Shown here one piece after another: positions 63,660-64,000 of a stretch of DNA of 64,000 bases; the first letter of the stretch is position 1; every line of letters begins with the position of its first letter. The DNA comes from Alloascoidea hylecoeti (lineage: Eukaryota). Under the pieces are notes generated by a model. That model did no database searches. It had not been told where the DNA came from and was given only the letters and a program-made list of their open reading frames with translations. The DNA lies in contig BCKZ01000023.1 of the NCBI GenBank assembly GCA_001600815.1, positions 124,001 to 188,000 of the forward strand, in the 5' to 3' direction. Made by a program: the position numbers and the translations under genes.

Positions 63660-64000
63660 ATTTTAAAATAAATAAATATTAATTTTCAATAAAAAAGTAA
63701 TTGTTTGAAATTGAAGTTGTATAATAAAAGGATATTTGCATCTAATTATATATCGCGGATTCTAATTAAAGTTATGTTTTTAAGGGTGATAAGAAAGTGG
63801 GGTAGTAATAAAATTAATTATCTTACGGTTACTTTTTGTTTTCATTTTCATCTGTTCTCGCTACTTATTGCACAATTAACAATTCACAAAAGCATAGTTA
63901 ATTAATTATTAAACCATACAATACAACCTCCATATCGGAGAGGTGGTTTGGCGGACAGGATTGTTATATTTTACTTCCAAAAAGATAGTGTTTTTTAATG

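Overview
AT-rich, intron-containing budding-yeast (Saccharomycotina-like) chromosomal segment. It carries about 18 host genes: HapX/Hap43-like, SDH3, PSY2, SHS1-like septin, WHI3-like, MRPL33, KU70, TPO-type MFS transporter, NUC1, VID28, MET10, RPL2, an orphan, TIM50, NRG1-like, ANP1, a spliced MOH1/yippee gene absent from the ORF track, and a peroxisomal 4CL-like ligase. The long intergenic spaces hold many decayed Tc1- and pogo/Fot1-type transposase fragments. The standout structure is a Fot1-like (DD35D) element at 48367-50805 with ~330-370 bp terminal inverted repeats. Each repeat carries a lox/FRT-shaped 12-8-12 palindrome, and the asymmetric spacer lies in direct rather than inverted orientation between the two ends. 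Also notable: a well-preserved PDR/SNQ2 ABC-transporter fragment inside an older Fot1 relic, an unidentified pseudogene with a convergent paralogous copy (59.7-61.2 kb), and a sharp GC island over the WHI3 5' end. No tRNA, rRNA or CRISPR array was seen. All family assignments are by-eye motif recognition, not database searches.
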